Assembly: GCA_963796275.1 (NCBI GenBank)
Contig: CAWCKY010000001.1
Coordinates: 1,216,001-1,280,000, forward strand
Direction of reading: 5' to 3'
DNA from: an uncultured Acidobacteriota bacterium
GTDB taxonomy: Bacteria; Acidobacteriota; Blastocatellia; RBC074
DNA length: 64,000 nucleotides
Of this stretch, positions 59,671 through 64,000 are shown one piece after another. Below the pieces are notes generated by a model. That model worked only from the letters and a program-made list of their open reading frames with translations. It searched no databases and was not told where the DNA came from. The position numbers and the translations under genes were made by a program. Numbering within the stretch: the stretch's first letter is position 1; each line of letters opens with the position of its first letter.

Positions 59671-60982
59671 TCATTTATCGTGGTCATCTTTCCCGTTATA
59701 GCCGTCATTGTCGAGAGGCCGCAGGAAGTTCTTGAAGGCCCAGCTGGCCACCTGTCTTCCCTGCTTTCGCGCCGCTTCGTCCGCGAAGCGGAAGTGGATG
59801 CCCTCGTAGATACGGGCGTCGACCACTTCCTCCGCTGCATCGGAGAAGCGTCTATAAGTGCGCGTGTCCTGAATGGTCGGCCCCAGGTTGGTGGTCGTCA
59901 CTGAGAAGGTCATGTCGGTCCGTCCCGAAGAAGAGCGTGAGGTGAATTGACCAGCGGCGCTGGTAACGTTGTTTGCGCCCGAGGTGTAGTCAGGATAGGG
60001 CGGGGTGGCGATGAGCGGCAGCCAGGTTGAGTCGCCGGCCGTCCGCGAGTTGCCGTCGTTGTTACCCTCTTGAATGGCGGTGACTGGCCGCCAGAAAACA
60101 TAGTAGTTCTTACTGTTCCAGGAAGTGATTTGTGCATCGGCCATCGCCATGTCAGCCAGGGCAAAGAGCCGGGCACTTCTGGCAATGTCGTCGACTTGCG
60201 TGCCGGCGATGTCCCTGAGCACCTGGTTCCAGACCACAACGTAGTTACCGGCCCAGAAATGGGCCAGGTCGGTCTGCTCGGGGGTGCGTGAGCTGTTGTT
60301 AAGGGCCCCCAGCGCTTTAACCTCGTTATAGTCCCTGGCGTACTCGCGGCTCGTCAAAGCGGGCGGCGGCGCGGCGCGGAATTGTGAAGGTCTGGTTAAG
60401 TGTGAAGGGGGTGACGTTGCCCAGCCACGGCGCGAGCATCGGCAACAAGGCCGGTGGCGTCGGGCGCCAGACGCCGGGATCGGTGCCGCCGATGAAGGGC
60501 GGCGGCGGCGGAACAGGGAAACTCCCGTCACATGCCCGCAGGGCGATGATCCCGGCGGCGGCTATTGCTCCCACCTCTACCCCGGGATCGTTCGCGGCAA
60601 GACCATGGTCGGACAGATATTGTTGGTAGGTCGTGTCGAGGGACTCGGCCTGAGCTGGAAAGCGGTTGACGAGCACATCGTGCGCGGCTTTGGCGGCAGC
60701 CGCCACCGGGGAGCCGGAGGCTCCCTTGATCTCCACGTAATATGGTTCGTACCGCTTCTCGATGGCCTGGACGGCGTCGTAAACGGCGGCCTGGACCATC
60801 GCAATGTCGAGGACGCCGGTCGGGCCTGGACGTGCGGCTGTCACGGTCGCTTGCACGGCGATCGCATTCCAATCGGCTACAGCATCGGCGCTGACGCTGG
60901 CGGGAGTTGCAAGCAAGATGACGAAGATGGCGATCCTCCGCCAGGTCTGAAGTTTCAGTATATTTGTAGTTGTGTATTTCAT
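59671..60982 (-). pseudogene. Vanadium-dependent haloperoxidase/PAP2-family secreted protein, frameshifted
   Basis: N-terminal half (DAVADWNAIA, AVYDAV) and C-terminal half (SKNYYVFWRP, PPYPDYTSG, ARIYEGIHFR) are in different frames; shift near 60397, with further local indels near 59920-59950. Confidence 0.8.
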
Positions 60983-61287
60983 TGGAAGCCTCCTTTTAAC
61001 AACATTTTTAAAACATTTAACAGATTGAGCGGACAGAACATGCAGTATGGTCAATCGTTTTGTACCAAACCCACCAGGCCAACGAGACTATCCAACCTCT
61101 TGGACAGTAAGAGGCGAGGCATGGGCCAAATTGCTCTGGCCACCGACTTACACTAAAATGATCTGTTCATGTCGCCATTGCTCATCGGCCTATTTCACTG
61201 TGTACACTAATCTCAAGGCGGCGAGGAAATCCTTCCAGAGTGGCGAAAAATTTCGGAAAAAGATGAGAAAAAGTTCGGTAAGCCATT

Positions 61288-63232
61288 ATGAATCACTCGG
61301 CCAAGCACTTTTACGAATTCGGCCCGTTCCGGCTGGATATCGGCGAGCGCCTCTTGCTCCGCGATGGAGAAGAAGTCTCGCTCACACCCAAAATTTTTGA
61401 CCTCCTCCTAGTACTGGTCGAAAACAGCGGACACATTCTTGAGAAAGACGCGTTAATGAAAGCTATCTGGCCTGATGTCGTAGTAGAGGAGACGAACCTG
61501 ACGCGCAACGTCTCCACGCTAAGGAAAGCCCTGAGCGAAAGCTCGGACGCGCGTCCATACATCGAGACAATTCCCTGGCGCGGGTACCGCTTTGTCGCAA
61601 GCGTAAAGGACGTAACTAATTACAACACAGAGATGGCAATTGCAACGCCGTCCTCGCCGCCGATTCTGAGCGAAACGGAGGAGCGAGGCTCGCGAGGTGG
61701 AGAAATCTCTCCCGCAGGCCCCGCGTCAAGTACCGGGACTCTAGTTACCTTGATCAGGCGGCGTAAGGTCGCTGCCGGCGCCATCGCCCTGGCGCTCCTG
61801 GGTGTCGGCAGCTGGGCGCTCTCTCTGAGCATCGAGACCCACACGCCGATTGAATCGCTGGCTGTCTTGCCATTCAGCAGTGGTAGCGCTGATCCGCAGG
61901 CGGTATACCTGAGCGATGGAATCACTGAGAGCCTCATCAATAATCTGTCGCAGCTGCCAAATCTGCGTGTGATCGCGCGAACCACCGCTTTCCGCTACAA
62001 GGGCCAAACGTCGGACCCCTCCAAAATAGGACGCGAACTTAATGTCAAAGCAGCGCTCACTGGGAAAGTTCTCCTGCATGGCGACACTCTGATCGTCCAG
62101 GTAGACCTGGTGAACGTGGCGGATGGCGCGCAACTCTGGGGTCAACAGTACTCACGGAAACTTTCGGATATTTTCGCGCTTCAGGGAGAGATCGCGACGG
62201 ATATCGCCGAGGAGTTGCAAGCGAAACTGACGGGCGAAGAGAAGAAGCTATTGGCTAAACGTTATACCAATAATACCGACGCATATCAGCTCTATTTGAA
62301 GGGCCGCTATTTCTGGGATAAGAGGACGGAGGATGGGTTCAAGAGAGCCATTGATTATTTCCGACAGGCGACTCAGAAAGATCCACAATATGCACTGGCA
62401 CACACAGGTTTGGCAGACTCTTACATAGGGCTGACATTCTATAACTATCTTCCTCCCAAAGAGGCGATGCCGCAGGCGAAGGCATCAGCGCTGGAGGCGC
62501 AGAAGTACGATGACATGCTTGCTGAAGCGCACGTATCGCTGGCGCATGTCAAAGTGAATTATGAGTGGGACTGGGCGGGTGCTGAGAGCGAATTCAAGCG
62601 CGCCATCGTGCTCAACCCGCGATACCCAACAGCGCACCAGTGGTATGCTATTCATTATTTAACTCCGCAGGGGCAGCTGGAAGAGGCTCTTGCCGAAATG
62701 AGCCACGCCAGGGATACTCGATCCGCTCTCGCTCGTCATGAACACCTTTCTGGGTGCAACCCTTTATTACGCTGGTAAGTACGATCAGGCGATCGGGCAA
62801 TTTGTTAAAACGCTTGAACTGAATCCCGACTTCGGTGTAGCGCACTGGCACCTGGGGCTTGCTCTTGTGCAGGAGGCGCGATTCGAGGAAGCAATCGCCG
62901 AGCTAAACAAGGCCGTCACTCTTTCGGGGGGCAGCCCGCTCATGAAGGCGGCGCTCGGGCATGCCTATGCGGCTTCGGGTAGAAGAAGCGAGGCAATGAA
63001 TATCCTCACTGAATTACAGAAGTCGGCGGAACGAAGCTACATCTCAGCGAGCGAAATCGCGGCGATTTATGCGGGCCTGGGCGAGCGGGATCGCGCGCTG
63101 GACTGGCTTGAGAAAGCTGCGGAAGAGCGCGCATTCCACCTGGTCTACCTCAAAGTGAGGCCGGAGTTCGCCCCACTGCGCTCCACCCCTCGGTTTGAAG
63201 AATTGTTTAGGCGCATCGGTCTCGCACCATGA
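61288..63232 (+). pseudogene. Winged-helix (CadC/ToxR-type) + TolB-like + TPR regulator, frameshifted
   Basis: YEFGPFRLD, YIETIPWRGYRF, SLAVLPF, DAYQLYLKGRY; TPRs continue in ORF 62738..63232 after a +1 shift near 62712 (GCCAGGGATACTCGATCCG). Confidence 0.82.
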
Positions 63233-63654
63233 GTTGCTTGAAGCTGGAGGTGATCGGAGCCCAAGAGACTCCCGATCAAGCACCTGTTTACGGAGGGACG
63301 AGCCACCGGCACAGTGCTGCTCTGGATTTCGTGCTTCATGAATCGCTGATCATCCACTTTATTTTGAATTGGCTACCCGAGCGTGCCATCACCATCCTGA
63401 GGAATTGCCGCAAAGCCATGAAGAAGACAAGCAGGCTGCTGCTTGTCGAGACGATCATAACTGTCGGGAATGACCTATATGTCGGAAAGTTTGTGGACTT
63501 CATCATGTTAACGATCAGGCGGTCAGAAAGAACAGAGGAGGAATCTGAGAATCTCCTTCAGGAGGCCGGTTTCCATCTCAACCAAGTCGTGCCAACAGTT
63601 TCACCCTTCGGCATGAGCATCATCGAAGGAGTATTGGATGATGGGAAGCACTGA
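63229..63654 (+). pseudogene. C-terminal fragment of a class I O-methyltransferase
   Basis: ILNW..ERAITILRNCRKAM...RLLLVE..ERTEEE..LLQEAGF; the SAM-binding N-terminal part is absent. Confidence 0.65.
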
Positions 63655-63779
63655 AGGTATTAATCAGTTGGCGGAGGAGCGGTAGGCTGGTTGGTTGAGT
63701 GATGAGCTAGACCGCAAAAATCAAGGAAGTAGGATAGAAGGCCAGCTTTACAGAATCTTCCGACGTCAAGCGCCTTTGG

Positions 63780-63850
63780 TGAGCGCTTCAATCCTTTCCA
63801 TGATCCCTACCTGGCCGATCCGTACCTATTCTTCGCGGAGGCCCAGAACC
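63780..63850 (+). pseudogene. Possible cytochrome P450 N-terminal remnant
   Basis: ERFNPFHDPYLADPYLFFAEA resembles bacterial P450 N-termini; the similarity is quickly lost. Confidence 0.3.
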
Positions 63851-64000
63851 GCGACTCCCGTCTCCTCAGCGCCAGCGAGGCAGCATATACACGCTCAGAT
63901 GTCGCGGAGCTTGCGAGCTTTCTCTAACCAGAGCTATATACATTCCGCGCCGCTGGCACTGCCCAGATGCTTTACCACAAAATCGGATGGGATCAGCCGT

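Overview
Bacterial chromosomal window. Its gene content resembles Acidobacteriota/Blastocatellia (acidobacterial VWA protein, carboxypeptidase-like TonB receptor, TPR-CHAT, wHTH-TPR, BlaI/M56); this taxonomy is inferred from gene content only. From left to right it holds: the 5' end of an NRPS with a starter C domain; a TPR-CHAT protease with an inserted SPOR domain, followed by an ECF sigma and an anti-sigma; a KptA/sulfatase chimera; a siderophore receptor + PepSY pair behind a Fur-like box, divergent from an unusual PrnC-type halogenase fused to a sigma54 enhancer-binding protein; an L,D-transpeptidase; BlaI/BlaR1; and a ~30 kb pectin-utilisation region (ExuT-like MFS, TonB receptor, PL10, DUF1549/1553 + DUF1501, a giant Ig-repeat CE8+PL1 enzyme, PL11). 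Near the right end is a compact lasso peptide cluster (B1B2, C, and an unannotated 56-aa precursor with an atypical cleavage site) bracketed by two degenerate tRNA-Phe 3' halves. Several frameshifted or fragmentary genes follow it. Five sigma54 -24/-12 motifs, a BIME-like REP array and a heptamer tandem repeat are also present. No CRISPR array, rRNA, intact tRNA or transposase was seen.
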